Virus record (IMG/VR): IMGVR_UViG_3300009703_004110
Location: 248,001 to 312,000 of that record
Direction: 5' to 3' (one strand)
Length of the DNA: 64,000 nucleotides
In this document: positions 1 to 9,755 of the stretch, one piece after another
How the letters are laid out: each line of letters begins with the position of its first letter
How positions within the stretch are numbered: the stretch's first letter is position 1
Made by a program: the position numbers and the translations under genes
The notes under the pieces: generated by a model
Seen by the model: only the letters and a program-made list of their open reading frames with translations
What the model was told of the DNA's origin: nothing
Databases searched by the model: none

Positions 1-172
1 CGTCTGATATCTTTGCTCCAAGAGATTTTAAATAGAAAAGCCCCCAGGCATAGCACCCTCCATTTTTGAGAGAGCATGAGTCTGGACATGTTTCGATTGG
101 TGAGTAAGAAGCGATTATCTCGCCTGTCTTCTTATCTTTGGATGCAGACACCCAATGTACTTTTCTAGTCAT
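1..172 (-). CDS. Partial Cys-rich phage protein (TCPDSCSLKNEGCYA), runs off the window, 1-nt frameshift in a G run
   Basis: ATG at 172; CxxxC...CYA motif is restored by adding one G. Confidence 0.4.
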   Translation of the reverse strand, partial: MTRKVHWVSASKDKKTGEIIASYSPIETCPDSCSLKNGGCYAWGLFYLKSLGAKISD

Positions 173-435
173 TATTTCCTTCGGCCTCATAAAGCTCCCT
201 TGCTATCTCATCAGCTTCTGCAACATTTTTGGCATATGATAAATCACCATATCCACTTACTGAATATCCAATAAGTTGTGCAAGCTGAGAACGCTCTTCA
301 TCTGTAAATGGCATTAATGCCAGCATGTTCATATCGAATGGCCCCCGCATCTAATAGAAGACTAATTATTTTATTTTCTTTAAATCGAATAACATCATCT
401 TTGGCTATGTGTATCGGCTGTAATGGAAAATCCAT
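165..435 (-). CDS. Hypothetical phage protein (MDFPLQPI...FKENKII...AQLIGYSVSGY), apparent extra G near 342-346
   Basis: Upstream frame from ATG 435 joins ORF 165..350 if one G is removed. Confidence 0.55.
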
Positions 436-436
436 T

Positions 437-787
437 TTACTCCTTCATAATATAGCAACGCCCATCGTCTCTGAGAAAGACAAGGGACGCATCGTAAACA
501 TTAGAACCATCGGACTTAGAGAACTGCGACATGAGATAAGGATTGTATTTAACTATCTTACTTACGCTGTAAGAGTCAGCGTCCCCATACCGATAAATGG
601 TACCGCGGACAAAAGCGTGTACATTCTTTTTCTTCTCCTGCAAAACTCTTGCTCGGCCAGCTGGCTGAACAATAAATGCAACCCCCTCAACCATTAAACT
701 TTTGGCGTGCTTTGCAATTCTGCCAGTCTTTCTATTTCGTACAGACCAGCACTTTTTATGAAGATTCCAATATACGTCAACATTCAT
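437..787 (-). CDS. Conserved phage hypothetical protein (YWNLHK motif)
   Basis: ORF; VYWNLHKKCWSV and KNVHAFVRG motifs; start overlaps upstream stop. Confidence 0.65.
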   Translation of the reverse strand: MNVDVYWNLHKKCWSVRNRKTGRIAKHAKSLMVEGVAFIVQPAGRARVLQEKKKNVHAFVRGTIYRYGDADSYSVSKIVKYNPYLMSQFSKSDGSNVYDASLVFLRDDGRCYIMKE

Positions 788-1110
788 TCGTCGAGACCGT
801 CTTCTTCCTGTGAAATTTCCCAAAGAAGATCTTCTGCATTATTAAGCGGATTAATGCCGCTTACGTGCGATCCCATGATCTCAGCAAACTTCTTTATAAA
901 ATCCTGGTCATCACTCATGACTGTAATGTTTTTATCTGTTAAGGCTGTTCTTGGTTGCGAGTGCTTACCAAGAGCTTCGTAAAAAAGAATCTCTTTCTTG
1001 CTTTTTATTAAGATTTGAATATTATTCCAATCTTCTTCATCTGTAACAAACAATCCTTCTAGCGTTCCTTGTCGTCCATAATATTCATCAAACTTAACCA
1101 ATCTTAACAT
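784..1110 (-). CDS. Hypothetical phage protein
   Basis: ORF with SD; GR.G.LEGLF / EALGKHS motifs. Confidence 0.7.
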   Translation of the reverse strand: MLRLVKFDEYYGRQGTLEGLFVTDEEDWNNIQILIKSKKEILFYEALGKHSQPRTALTDKNITVMSDDQDFIKKFAEIMGSHVSGINPLNNAEDLLWEISQEEDGLDE

Positions 1111-1160
1111 TTATATCTCCAACTAATTCAACTGCATGTAAGGGTTTTGCCGCCAAAGGT

Positions 1161-1436
1161 TCAGGTCATTTCGTTTAAGTGGTATACCAATTTAAGCCTA
1201 AGTGAATTGGGCAAGTAAGGCTCTACGTTTTCATAAGGTCCAACGTAGCGCCGCCCCTTCGCGTCTAAATTATCACCAATATATTCTTGAACACTCCAAA
1301 TTGGTCTATACCGAAGATCAGTATGCAGAGGGCAAAATACTTGTATGTGTATCCCATAGTAACGAAAACTATAAACCCCGCTGGCCATATGATCTTCCTT
1401 AAAGCCATACTTTAATAATGTATCTTCAAGCGTCAT
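1161..1436 (-). CDS. Hypothetical protein, C-terminal-tag family
   Basis: ATGA overlap with upstream gene; ends LPNSLRLKLVYHLNEMT. Confidence 0.6.
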   Translation of the reverse strand: MTLEDTLLKYGFKEDHMASGVYSFRYYGIHIQVFCPLHTDLRYRPIWSVQEYIGDNLDAKGRRYVGPYENVEPYLPNSLRLKLVYHLNEMT

Positions 1437-2155
1437 AACAAGTCCAGAAAGTATACCATTTCCTCTGTAATATTTGCCGGCAGGTGCGGCTCTATATCGT
1501 AATAGGTTTGGCCGAAATAACATACCGATCTAGGAGTGCTAAGCATCCAGCTCGTCTTTATAGATTCTCGTAATATATCTATTCGAACAAGGCTCCCGTC
1601 AGATAGTGGCGCTATCCAACTAGAACCAGAGCCGTTATATGATTGAAAGCCTATCTTTTTTAAAACCCTTAAGAAAATAACTATAGCTACCGGCTCTACC
1701 ATAAGCTGCACACCTAATAGCTTCTTAGGCAGCGAACCTGCTTGAATAATCTTGCTAAAACCAACCTCTGCAGTTTTTGAAATACCGGCGTCTCTCGGAT
1801 GAACGCCCAAAACTCTTTCCATGTAATCACACATCACATAAAAATGTCTTGCTTCATCATGGACCTGAGAAGTTGCCGCCATTTTGGCATCAAAGTCATC
1901 TAACTCAAAAGCTAAACTTCCAGAGGTCTGCCACGCAGCAAACTCTCCCCATAAAATGAGAGATAAAACTTTTGCTAAAGCTATTTTAACTTCCGGCTCT
2001 AAGGATGGTATGCCATGCTTTTCGATTAGATCATCTAAAACCTGCTTTCCGTCCCAACCATTTCTGTGACCCTTGTGATAGACCGTAGATAAATTTCTAT
2101 AATCATTACTGGAGTTATAGTCATCTACAAATCTATAGTCTATCATAATTTTCAC
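1433..2155 (-). CDS. Truncated ferritin-like (di-iron) domain fused to a C-terminal-tag family segment
   Basis: GEFAA...DEARH...VE ligands present, second ExxH missing; ends LPANITEEMVYFLDLL. Confidence 0.6.
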   Translation of the reverse strand: MKIMIDYRFVDDYNSSNDYRNLSTVYHKGHRNGWDGKQVLDDLIEKHGIPSLEPEVKIALAKVLSLILWGEFAAWQTSGSLAFELDDFDAKMAATSQVHDEARHFYVMCDYMERVLGVHPRDAGISKTAEVGFSKIIQAGSLPKKLLGVQLMVEPVAIVIFLRVLKKIGFQSYNGSGSSWIAPLSDGSLVRIDILRESIKTSWMLSTPRSVCYFGQTYYDIEPHLPANITEEMVYFLDLL

Positions 2156-3177
2156 TCTTCTAATATAACCGTTGTTATCATAGCTGTCATGATTCGATAT
2201 GGGTCCGCATTAGCTCCGGGCCTACGATCTTCAAGATACCCTCTTCCGGCCTCAGAAACATTCCATGGGATTCTTACCGAAGCACTACGATCAGAAACTC
2301 CCCAAGAAAAATTATCATACTTGGCAGTTTCATGATCACCAGTTAAGCGATTTTCATATCCGTCGCCATATGCCTCTAAGTGCCTGTCTATTTGTTCGCC
2401 CAACAGTACGCACCCACGCTCTATTGCTTCCATTCCACCAGCAGACCTCATAGCGTGCGTACTAAAGTTGGTATGCATACCACTTCCATTCCAGTTGCCA
2501 TCAACTGGTTTTTGCTCTAATGAAATATAGTATCCGCTCTCTGTTTGTCTATGCAAAAGATATCGAGATACCCACAGATCATCACACGCCTTTAGAGCGC
2601 CGACCTTAACTCCGCCAATTTGATATTCCCACTGGCCTGGAGCAACTTCAGCATTAATTCCGCAAAGGGAGATTCCCGCATCAAGACACTGTTCTGCATG
2701 AGCATCAACTAACGCTCGTCCATGCGCGTTAGTGCCGCCAACACTACAGTAGTATGGTCCCTGAGGCTCTGGCTCCCCATCCGTATAAGGAAATCCCAAA
2801 GGACGCTTGTCACCTTCTCGCATAATAAAGTATTCTTGCTCAAAACCAACCCTTGGTAATGAAGCCTCTACTTCTTCTAAGACTGCAAGTTTTGATAATG
2901 CATTGCGAGTATTAGACTTATGCGGTGTACCGTCAACATTGAAAACTTCACACATAACAAGATAGCCATTCGTGTATCTGCTGTCTTTATACTGTCTTAC
3001 TGGTCTGAGAATAATGTCGGTGATCTCACCTGGGCCGGCCTTCGCCTGACCGGTTGAAGAACCATCCGCAATCCACTCTTCTTCCATTCCTTTCTTAGAC
3101 AGTAAAAATTTTGTTTTACCTCTAAGCTGGGCGGTTGGCTTTGACCCGTCCAACCAAATATATTCACAACGTATCAT
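2152..3177 (-). CDS. glnII: Glutamine synthetase type II
   Basis: EYIWLDG, DGSSTGQA, GFEQEY, NAEVAPGQWEYQ, WNGSGMHTNFS, YLEDRRP; 341 aa. Confidence 0.95.
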   Translation of the reverse strand: MIRCEYIWLDGSKPTAQLRGKTKFLLSKKGMEEEWIADGSSTGQAKAGPGEITDIILRPVRQYKDSRYTNGYLVMCEVFNVDGTPHKSNTRNALSKLAVLEEVEASLPRVGFEQEYFIMREGDKRPLGFPYTDGEPEPQGPYYCSVGGTNAHGRALVDAHAEQCLDAGISLCGINAEVAPGQWEYQIGGVKVGALKACDDLWVSRYLLHRQTESGYYISLEQKPVDGNWNGSGMHTNFSTHAMRSAGGMEAIERGCVLLGEQIDRHLEAYGDGYENRLTGDHETAKYDNFSWGVSDRSASVRIPWNVSEAGRGYLEDRRPGANADPYRIMTAMITTVILEE

Positions 3178-3184
3178 TTCATCC

Positions 3185-3457
3185 TCAAAACAATTCTATA
3201 TTAAAAAGAATTGTGTTCTGAATATCCTTCGGAAGCTCTGATAAAGCCTCATCAACAGTGGATGGGCGCCAGCGTCGAAACACTCTTTTTCCCCAATAAA
3301 AATTACCAGTTTTAGATATACCAAGTTTCGAATCAAAGATTTCATTCCCATATGGAAAATACTCAAAACTTGTACCTGTCAATTTTAATCTGCCGTGACC
3401 TTTCTCTTTAAAGATATTCAGTTCTAAAAGTTTTTTATATTTTGCTTCCGTCATCAT
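3185..3457 (-). CDS. Hypothetical protein, C-terminal-tag family
   Basis: Ends LPKDIQNTILFNIELF. Confidence 0.65.
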   Translation of the reverse strand: MMTEAKYKKLLELNIFKEKGHGRLKLTGTSFEYFPYGNEIFDSKLGISKTGNFYWGKRVFRRWRPSTVDEALSELPKDIQNTILFNIELF

Positions 3458-3704
3458 TTAGCCTTCCAACATACTTTGTATCCAGCCAATTCTCTACTTC
3501 TTCTACACTTCTGAGATATGTTACCAGAATCTCTACGCTTCTTCCCCATTTTCTTTGGGCATCAAGCTGGCAATATCGAGACTTGGGGTAGCTTCCCCCT
3601 ATGCTCTCTATATGCTTATCACCTGCGTATAGATCTACGGTCCACAAACCTCGTTCATCCAGTCTGGTGACTGCAACTAATTCAGCGTTATCCAACATTT
3701 TCAA
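3435..3704 (-). CDS. Hypothetical protein
   Basis: ORF packed in the operon. Confidence 0.55.
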   Translation of the reverse strand: MKMLDNAELVAVTRLDERGLWTVDLYAGDKHIESIGGSYPKSRYCQLDAQRKWGRSVEILVTYLRSVEEVENWLDTKYVGRLNDDGSKI

Positions 3705-3712
3705 CCTCTTAT

Positions 3713-5014
3713 TTAATAAGTGTTTTTAATACCAATGGCACAACGTACTTTCCCAAGCCCGTCTGCATTTTCTGACCAAGCCGTTCCTATGACTTTCATA
3801 TAGTCTTGGAACGATATATCTTGTGGAGATATGGCAGTGCAATAGTGCCTGCCATTTGAAATTAAAAAGTCTCCATCATTAACTTCACCACTAACCATTA
3901 CTTTGATCTGGCCAGAGAAAGAGAATATCTCTCCGATAAAATTCTCCATATCTCCTACCTCATTACCCACAAGAAAGGCGCTTTTGGTAACAACCATTGG
4001 TGTCCCCGGGCCTTCTTTATAAAACTTATTACCTCTGACATAGCAAATATGTCCTTCTGGTAATCCAAAGAATGGAGCCTGCTCTTCTATAAACTTAGCA
4101 TGTGCGTCACTGATGTTCCATTCTTTTATATCGCCTAATTCGATCCACTCTCCATAATCACCACCGCCAGAGGCGTAAACGGCGCTTCCAGAGTCGCCAA
4201 CCGTTCCTCCGCCGTCAGTTCCACCAACAGTTGTATCCGACTGAAAGGTGACAGTTGAATCAGAATCAGAACCACGAATTCGACCTCTGGTTGTTTGACT
4301 CGCATCTGTGCCAGAAGTAAATCTTGCCCAAACATTAGTTGATCCAGGCTCATTGGCCCTTAATCGTATACGTATTCCATCGGCCTGAGTATCGTCCCAA
4401 TCATTAGCCACATCTAAAACATGACTTGTAGCTCCAGACGTGCTATTCGTGCCATATATCGTTACCATAGTAAGTGGGATCAGATTAACCTGGCCATGAG
4501 ACGCAATACTTGTATTGGCAGAAAAAGATGAAATATCTATATTATAATCAGTCAGTTTTATTACAGAAGCTCCACTTCCACTATCAACAGTATTTGTATG
4601 GGTCGTTTTACTATTTATAATCGTACTAGTTTCCGCTTCTAATTTAACACTTCCACCAGAAGAGTCAAGCTCAATATTGCCCGCAGCGTCTACAGAAATA
4701 TTGTCTGCTGAGTCAATATCTACATTGCCATTTGCATTGATAACTATATTTCCGCCACTCGTTGTAGATAAAGTGAGGGTATTTCCTGCGGTCTGTATAG
4801 TAGTAGCACCCGTTCCAGAGTTCAAACTTAAGAGTGAATCATTAGATATAATGTTATTAACAGTTAACTCACCAGTGACAGTAAGGTCTGTCATTGTACC
4901 ACTGGAAAGCGAAACGGTACCTGCAAGTGTAATAGTATCCGCAGTCAATGTAAGTGCGTTACTACCAGCTACTTCTATATTATGACTTTCTTGATATAGG
5001 TTTCTAGTCGCCAT
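3713..5014 (-). CDS. Tail fibre/spike-like structural protein with a C-terminal intramolecular-chaperone-like (peptidase G2-type) domain
   Basis: Thr/Ser/Gly-rich beta-repeat N-terminus; GGDYGEW...GQIKV...GDFLIS...IGTA. Confidence 0.65.
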   Translation of the reverse strand: MATRNLYQESHNIEVAGSNALTLTADTITLAGTVSLSSGTMTDLTVTGELTVNNIISNDSLLSLNSGTGATTIQTAGNTLTLSTTSGGNIVINANGNVDIDSADNISVDAAGNIELDSSGGSVKLEAETSTIINSKTTHTNTVDSGSGASVIKLTDYNIDISSFSANTSIASHGQVNLIPLTMVTIYGTNSTSGATSHVLDVANDWDDTQADGIRIRLRANEPGSTNVWARFTSGTDASQTTRGRIRGSDSDSTVTFQSDTTVGGTDGGGTVGDSGSAVYASGGGDYGEWIELGDIKEWNISDAHAKFIEEQAPFFGLPEGHICYVRGNKFYKEGPGTPMVVTKSAFLVGNEVGDMENFIGEIFSFSGQIKVMVSGEVNDGDFLISNGRHYCTAISPQDISFQDYMKVIGTAWSENADGLGKVRCAIGIKNTY

Positions 5015-5843
5015 TATCTCCCCAACTTATCTGAAACTTATGTTCTAGTATTTCATTAATACCAGAATCATTACCAGATAAGTTGAGGTAATGTATTATA
5101 TCGTCTTTTTGCATCTTTGAGAGGATGTTTCTTACGACCCGGCCCTCTACCCACTTAAGAGACTTCCCGCTCTTAATCTTATTAGCCGCCTCATCTAAAA
5201 TGGGTTTATAATCAATAAGATGTAATGGCGCAGCCAAGATTGCAGAACTTCTAATTTCCATACTTACATCATCAATAAAGTCTGGATAACAATTAGCTAT
5301 ACCAATGCGCTTAATAGCAGACTTTCTTACCGATGCAACAGGGTCATTTAAAAGCTTCTTAGAACTGGATAAAGAGACGTGCTTCACAGAGGCCTTTCTT
5401 ACTCCGCAATCTTTTGAGCGCAAGCCCCTTTTGCTGGCCATAATTAAAGTTGGACCATGAGCGTTTTGTATCAATACTTTTAGCATTAAGCCGCGCCCAT
5501 GCTTGGCAATAAACTTTGCAAACTCTTTATCCATATAAATAAGCCTGCTGATTGCAGAAGTAATTATAGCCCCATACCAATTCCAAGACAATTCTTCACT
5601 TTCATATACGTCTTCTAGCTCCTCTTTGCTTCTAGTGTCTTTATAACTCGGATAGTCTACCCATATTTTATCTGAAATAATACGTCTAAATTCTTCTTGA
5701 CTGATATCTCTAAGATAATTAACAATTGCATTGACCATTTTAGTTCTCGGCGGCCCCCATTGATGCCTATAACTTTGTGCTTCATTTTCAAACAAAACGG
5801 AGAAGAACTTTTTAGTTTCCTTTCTTGATGTAGTTCGCCTCAA
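5004..5843 (-). CDS. HEAT-repeat-like helical protein
   Basis: D..SVRK.A repeats; C-terminus shared with 9756, 28655 and 42050. Confidence 0.6.
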   Translation of the reverse strand: MRRTTSRKETKKFFSVLFENEAQSYRHQWGPPRTKMVNAIVNYLRDISQEEFRRIISDKIWVDYPSYKDTRSKEELEDVYESEELSWNWYGAIITSAISRLIYMDKEFAKFIAKHGRGLMLKVLIQNAHGPTLIMASKRGLRSKDCGVRKASVKHVSLSSSKKLLNDPVASVRKSAIKRIGIANCYPDFIDDVSMEIRSSAILAAPLHLIDYKPILDEAANKIKSGKSLKWVEGRVVRNILSKMQKDDIIHYLNLSGNDSGINEILEHKFQISWGDNGD

Positions 5844-5844
5844 A

Positions 5845-5991
5845 TTACACTCCCCTAAAGGCTCTCAACAGAATTACCACATAAATCATCAGCATAATTA
5901 TCACCCAAGACGTTACTGAGATTCCTACTTCGAGAATCTTATCTGCAACCTTAAATGTTTTTCTTGCCGCATTCTTTAACAGCCTTCTCAT
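5845..5991 (-). CDS. Small membrane protein (48 aa)
   Basis: SD GAGG; hydrophobic VTSWVIIMLMIYVVILL. Confidence 0.5.
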   Translation of the reverse strand: MRRLLKNAARKTFKVADKILEVGISVTSWVIIMLMIYVVILLRAFRGV

Positions 5992-6004
5992 ATTTACCTC
6001 TTTA

Positions 6005-6559
6005 TTACTTACCGGATTTTATTTGTAGCTTAAGCATGTTAGCGCCCATAAACTGGCGACTATATTCTGTAGCAAAAGCTGTTCCGCTCTGGCTTGTATT
6101 CAAACAAAAACCAGGCCCCGGCATCGGGATGAAAACTTCGTCACTATTTATTATAATTTCAATCGGAATACCAGACGTTTCATTTCCTAAAACAATAGAC
6201 GTGTGACGACTAAAGTCAAACTGGTATTCATATAGGCTTTCTGCATCATCAGATATGTCTGCCGATACTAAAGCTGTCTTTGTCCCTCTAACGCTTTGTA
6301 AAAAGTCGAAAGGATTAGGAAACTGCCTAATGTCCACATAGTCATATAAGCTGCCAGATCTCGGGTTCAAATAGCTTCTTGGAGAAACTGAACCAATGAC
6401 ATTAATGTGTGAAAAACCATAACATGCGGCAGTTCTAATTAAGAATGCCAGATTATCATCAAAATCAAAACATATGGTAGTGAAGCTAACAGGTAGGGCT
6501 TGCGCCTTACCCTTCTTCCTGTTGTACCTCTGCCTTCTCGTTTCCTCTCTCATCGCCAT
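6005..6559 (-). CDS. TrmH/SpoU-family RNA 2'-O-methyltransferase
   Basis: NLAFLIRTAACYG, LGNETSGI, IPMPG...CLN. Confidence 0.88.
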   Translation of the reverse strand: MAMREETRRQRYNRKKGKAQALPVSFTTICFDFDDNLAFLIRTAACYGFSHINVIGSVSPRSYLNPRSGSLYDYVDIRQFPNPFDFLQSVRGTKTALVSADISDDAESLYEYQFDFSRHTSIVLGNETSGIPIEIIINSDEVFIPMPGPGFCLNTSQSGTAFATEYSRQFMGANMLKLQIKSGK

Positions 6560-6968
6560 ACTCCACTATTTTATAGCCAAAACCAAACAAGTTAAATGTC
6601 TTTTGATCATTCAAAAATTCGGCTAAGCGATGTAAAAACAAAACTTGTCTTTCTGGCCACTCAGTATCTTCGGCCAATGCTTCTGATGTTTGGTATTTCT
6701 CTAAGAACTTAGGCACTTCAAGACCAGTTAAAGAAACAAAATACTGGTGATAGTCTGCTAAGGTTGTGGCACTTCTTCCCGCACTTCTAGCGGCTATCCT
6801 ATCGTCAACAGATGTACTTTTTGACTTTGATGGATATGTAATTACGATTTGCTTAGTTAAATCAATCGCATCTGCGTGTGCCCAACCGAACTGAATCTTG
6901 GTTCTTCCGATAGTGTAAAACTTATACAGCTTATCTATTCTATGTTTCTTTAAAAAGTCGTCAAGCAC
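6507..6968 (-). CDS. Hypothetical protein
   Basis: 153-aa ORF. Confidence 0.6.
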   Translation of the reverse strand: MLDDFLKKHRIDKLYKFYTIGRTKIQFGWAHADAIDLTKQIVITYPSKSKSTSVDDRIAARSAGRSATTLADYHQYFVSLTGLEVPKFLEKYQTSEALAEDTEWPERQVLFLHRLAEFLNDQKTFNLFGFGYKIVEYGDERGNEKAEVQQEEG

Positions 6969-7871
6969 TTAGAACCTCATATTCATATAATAGCTTGTGA
7001 GATCAAGCACAACATCCTTGGCTAACTTAGCAAGGCTAAAGCGAAGCTTGTCTCCAAACTGACGCGGCGGTGTATACTTAATATGTAAAACTTCGCGCTG
7101 CGAAATTGCGTGCATAATGTAATCTTCACTGGTAAGGACATGATCAACTAGTCCCTTGTCCTTGGCATCTATTCCATGCCAATACTCTCCAGTAGCAACT
7201 TCGTCCATATATAGATTCTGACGGAATCTCTTTACGTGATTCTTAAACAAAGTATGCACACGTTCCAGATCACCTTCAAACTTTTCTTCTGCTTCCTTGG
7301 TAATTGGACCAAGAGGACCAACAGTTCTCTTGTACTTACCAGCAGTATACTGCTGATAGTTAACGCCAAGTCGCCCAAGTAAGTCATTAAAGTTCATAAA
7401 CTCAGACACTACACCAATGGATCCAATAATAGCGTATGGTGCCGAGATAATCTTGTCACCAATACATGCCATCATATATCCACCAGAAGCGGCCACCTTG
7501 TCAACCGCTACAGTCAGCGGAATTCCACGGTCCTTTAGCCTCTGTAATTGCGATGCTGCGTATCCATATGCGTGCGCGGCTCCGCCCGGACTTTCAATCC
7601 TGACCAATACTTCGTCCGTAGTTGGATCGGCATTAGAAAGAACGGCGGTAATCTCTTCTGACAGTGCTGTGGCTTGTGTCGCCATAACATCACCGTTGAA
7701 GTCGATAACAAAAAGTCTTCCAGCGCCGCGATGGACTAGTCGTTTGATTGACTTTAAGTCTATACCTGAGCCGGAGCCTTTCGAAAGAATAGCTCCATAA
7801 GCAGCGAATCGGTTATTCATGTTCGTCACCTGAATCGGTGATCGAGTCTTACTAAATAAGAAGTCAAGCAT
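6969..7871 (-). CDS. sohB: S49-family peptidase (SohB-like)
   Basis: ESPGG, DKVAASGGYMMAC, GSIGV, AGKYK. Confidence 0.9.
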   Translation of the reverse strand: MLDFLFSKTRSPIQVTNMNNRFAAYGAILSKGSGSGIDLKSIKRLVHRGAGRLFVIDFNGDVMATQATALSEEITAVLSNADPTTDEVLVRIESPGGAAHAYGYAASQLQRLKDRGIPLTVAVDKVAASGGYMMACIGDKIISAPYAIIGSIGVVSEFMNFNDLLGRLGVNYQQYTAGKYKRTVGPLGPITKEAEEKFEGDLERVHTLFKNHVKRFRQNLYMDEVATGEYWHGIDAKDKGLVDHVLTSEDYIMHAISQREVLHIKYTPPRQFGDKLRFSLAKLAKDVVLDLTSYYMNMRF

Positions 7872-7954
7872 GTAGTTTGCCCTTGTTACAGTCTAGAGTG
7901 AAGTATATCCATCTGATAGAATAAATATACCGGAGTCTTCAAAAATTTCAACCC

Positions 7955-8656
7955 CTATGGGGCATTTTTCTGAAAATAGTTTAGTGTCGGCTGAGCTACG
8001 ACAGGTTGCCGAGTCCAATGTTGTGTGGTCTGAACGTGATTCTTGCGAACCCATTTACCAACCCCAACCATTTTACGCCCTTCCTTCTCAAGCCTAATGT
8101 CCTTTAGCTCAGCCGTATGTCTGACCACCAGCCCCTCTCGGGTAGGGCCATAAATAGAAGACAGCCCCGAAAGCCCTGTTACAACTTTTTCGAAAATATC
8201 TTTGCCAGGAAAGGCACCTCGCAGTATAACAGGTACAGTGGGTAGTCTTAAAGCTGATGAAGAAAAGTCTTCTACATCATCCCAAGACCACCAAAAGTCC
8301 AGATCATCATCCCTTACTCCGAAAATCATTAGGTGGGATGGTAATATCGAATACTCAATTGAATGGACTGCGTAGACCCACTCACCAAACACAGAGAGAC
8401 CACTCGGAATGGAGTTTTTCAAACGTGAATGTAATGGCTTTAAGGTGTTAAACGATTTATGCGCTGGAGCACCTGCGTGCGAACGCGCGTATACATCCGT
8501 GCGCGTCAGACACACGTTAGAGCCGTCCATCTTTTCTGTTAATACAACTTCCTCACCCAATAGTACATCTAGATCATCTGCGGTCATAAGGCGATCGTCA
8601 GATGTTGTACCTGGGGAGAACGGAAGGTGCATTGTTCTTGGATATTTTGCAGACAT
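7955..8656 (-). CDS. ATP-dependent RNA ligase family protein
   Basis: KYPRT.HLP.SPG, EKMDGSN, GEW, EGLVVR, KWVR. Confidence 0.85.
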   Translation of the reverse strand: MSAKYPRTMHLPFSPGTTSDDRLMTADDLDVLLGEEVVLTEKMDGSNVCLTRTDVYARSHAGAPAHKSFNTLKPLHSRLKNSIPSGLSVFGEWVYAVHSIEYSILPSHLMIFGVRDDDLDFWWSWDDVEDFSSSALRLPTVPVILRGAFPGKDIFEKVVTGLSGLSSIYGPTREGLVVRHTAELKDIRLEKEGRKMVGVGKWVRKNHVQTTQHWTRQPVVAQPTLNYFQKNAP

Positions 8657-8679
8657 GGCAACCTCCTTTAGATAAAAAT

Positions 8680-8714
8680 GAAGCCGGGACAGTTTTTTAC
8701 TTCTGTCCCGGCTT
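8680..8714. terminator. Stem-loop, probable terminator
   Basis: AAGCCGGGACAG / CTGTCCCGGCTT inverted repeat. Confidence 0.55.
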
Positions 8715-8904
8715 AATCGAAAATGAGATTAGTCAGGATTAGTACGTATATTCTTCAACTTTTTCAACCCTCGTTTAAATCCTTTCTAATGCTACATTGT
8801 GAATCTTTTTTTGATTCTTTTGTTTTTTATTTTTTGTCTATTTCAGTGAGCGACCGGGCTGCCGCTCGATGTATCAGACACTTTATTCGAGCTAGTTTTC
8901 AATC

Positions 8905-9105
8905 TTAATCATCAAGATTGTCGACTAGAAAGTCCCGAAGAGCCCTTGCCTGACGAATGGTAAGACGCATAGAAATATCAGAACGTTCACCGTCCATTGA
9001 AATATCTAGTCGGTTGCTTAGTCGTTGCTTGCGCTTGCTACCAGTGGTTAGATCAACGGAAAACCCGGAATAGGCTTTGCTGGTGGTCTGTAATTCTTTA
9101 TTCAT
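8905..9105 (-). CDS. Hypothetical protein
   Basis: ORF with SD AGGAG. Confidence 0.6.
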   Translation of the reverse strand: MNKELQTTSKAYSGFSVDLTTGSKRKQRLSNRLDISMDGERSDISMRLTIRQARALRDFLVDNLDD

Positions 9106-9385
9106 GTGTTATTTCTCCTTTTGGTTTTAACTCTACACTAATACAAATACCATATTTATTTTTACGCTGTTTCCTGCGCTTTTTCTTATTTGATATTGTA
9201 ATTTTTGGTTCTACTTTTGGAATCTCCAATTTATCTTCGGGGATTCCGCTAAGACTTGCTTGCTTTTTTAATTCCTGACACATGCCTTGGGGCACTAACT
9301 TATTTCGAGCATCAACCCAAAATTCAGTTTCATCTTGAATTACAAAAGCATACTCTGCTCCTTCATATTCAACAACTACTGCCAT
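9098..9385 (-). CDS. Hypothetical protein
   Basis: ORF with SD. Confidence 0.6.
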   Translation of the reverse strand: MAVVVEYEGAEYAFVIQDETEFWVDARNKLVPQGMCQELKKQASLSGIPEDKLEIPKVEPKITISNKKKRRKQRKNKYGICISVELKPKGEITHE

Positions 9386-9397
9386 ACTTCTCCCTTC

Positions 9398-9658
9398 CTA
9401 TCGCTCAAGCCACCCTCTTTCTGGAGCTTGTAGGAAGGTTACGTCGTTTAATCTCGCAGGCACGGTTTCGCCGTTGATATCGGTAAGGACAATAGAAATA
9501 GGACGCTTGGTTGTGCCAACCACAATACCCTTCGTCTTTACTCCTGTTCTGCGATTTCTTACAATCACATTGTCGCCTTTACGGAAGTCATTGATATTAA
9601 AACATTGGAATTCATCCCACGCTCCTCTATCATTCCCTCTTCTCTCATATTTTGCCAT
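9398..9658 (-). CDS. Small SH3/KOW-like protein
   Basis: FRKGDNVIV...KGIVVG. Confidence 0.55.
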   Translation of the reverse strand: MAKYERRGNDRGAWDEFQCFNINDFRKGDNVIVRNRRTGVKTKGIVVGTTKRPISIVLTDINGETVPARLNDVTFLQAPERGWLER

Positions 9659-9755
9659 TTTGTTTCCTTACTACAAGGGTTTCAATTGAATAGGCTACTA
9701 CTCTATTACTCTTTAGTTTTTGTTTTTATCTTAAGCTTTAGAACGGTGACGAACC

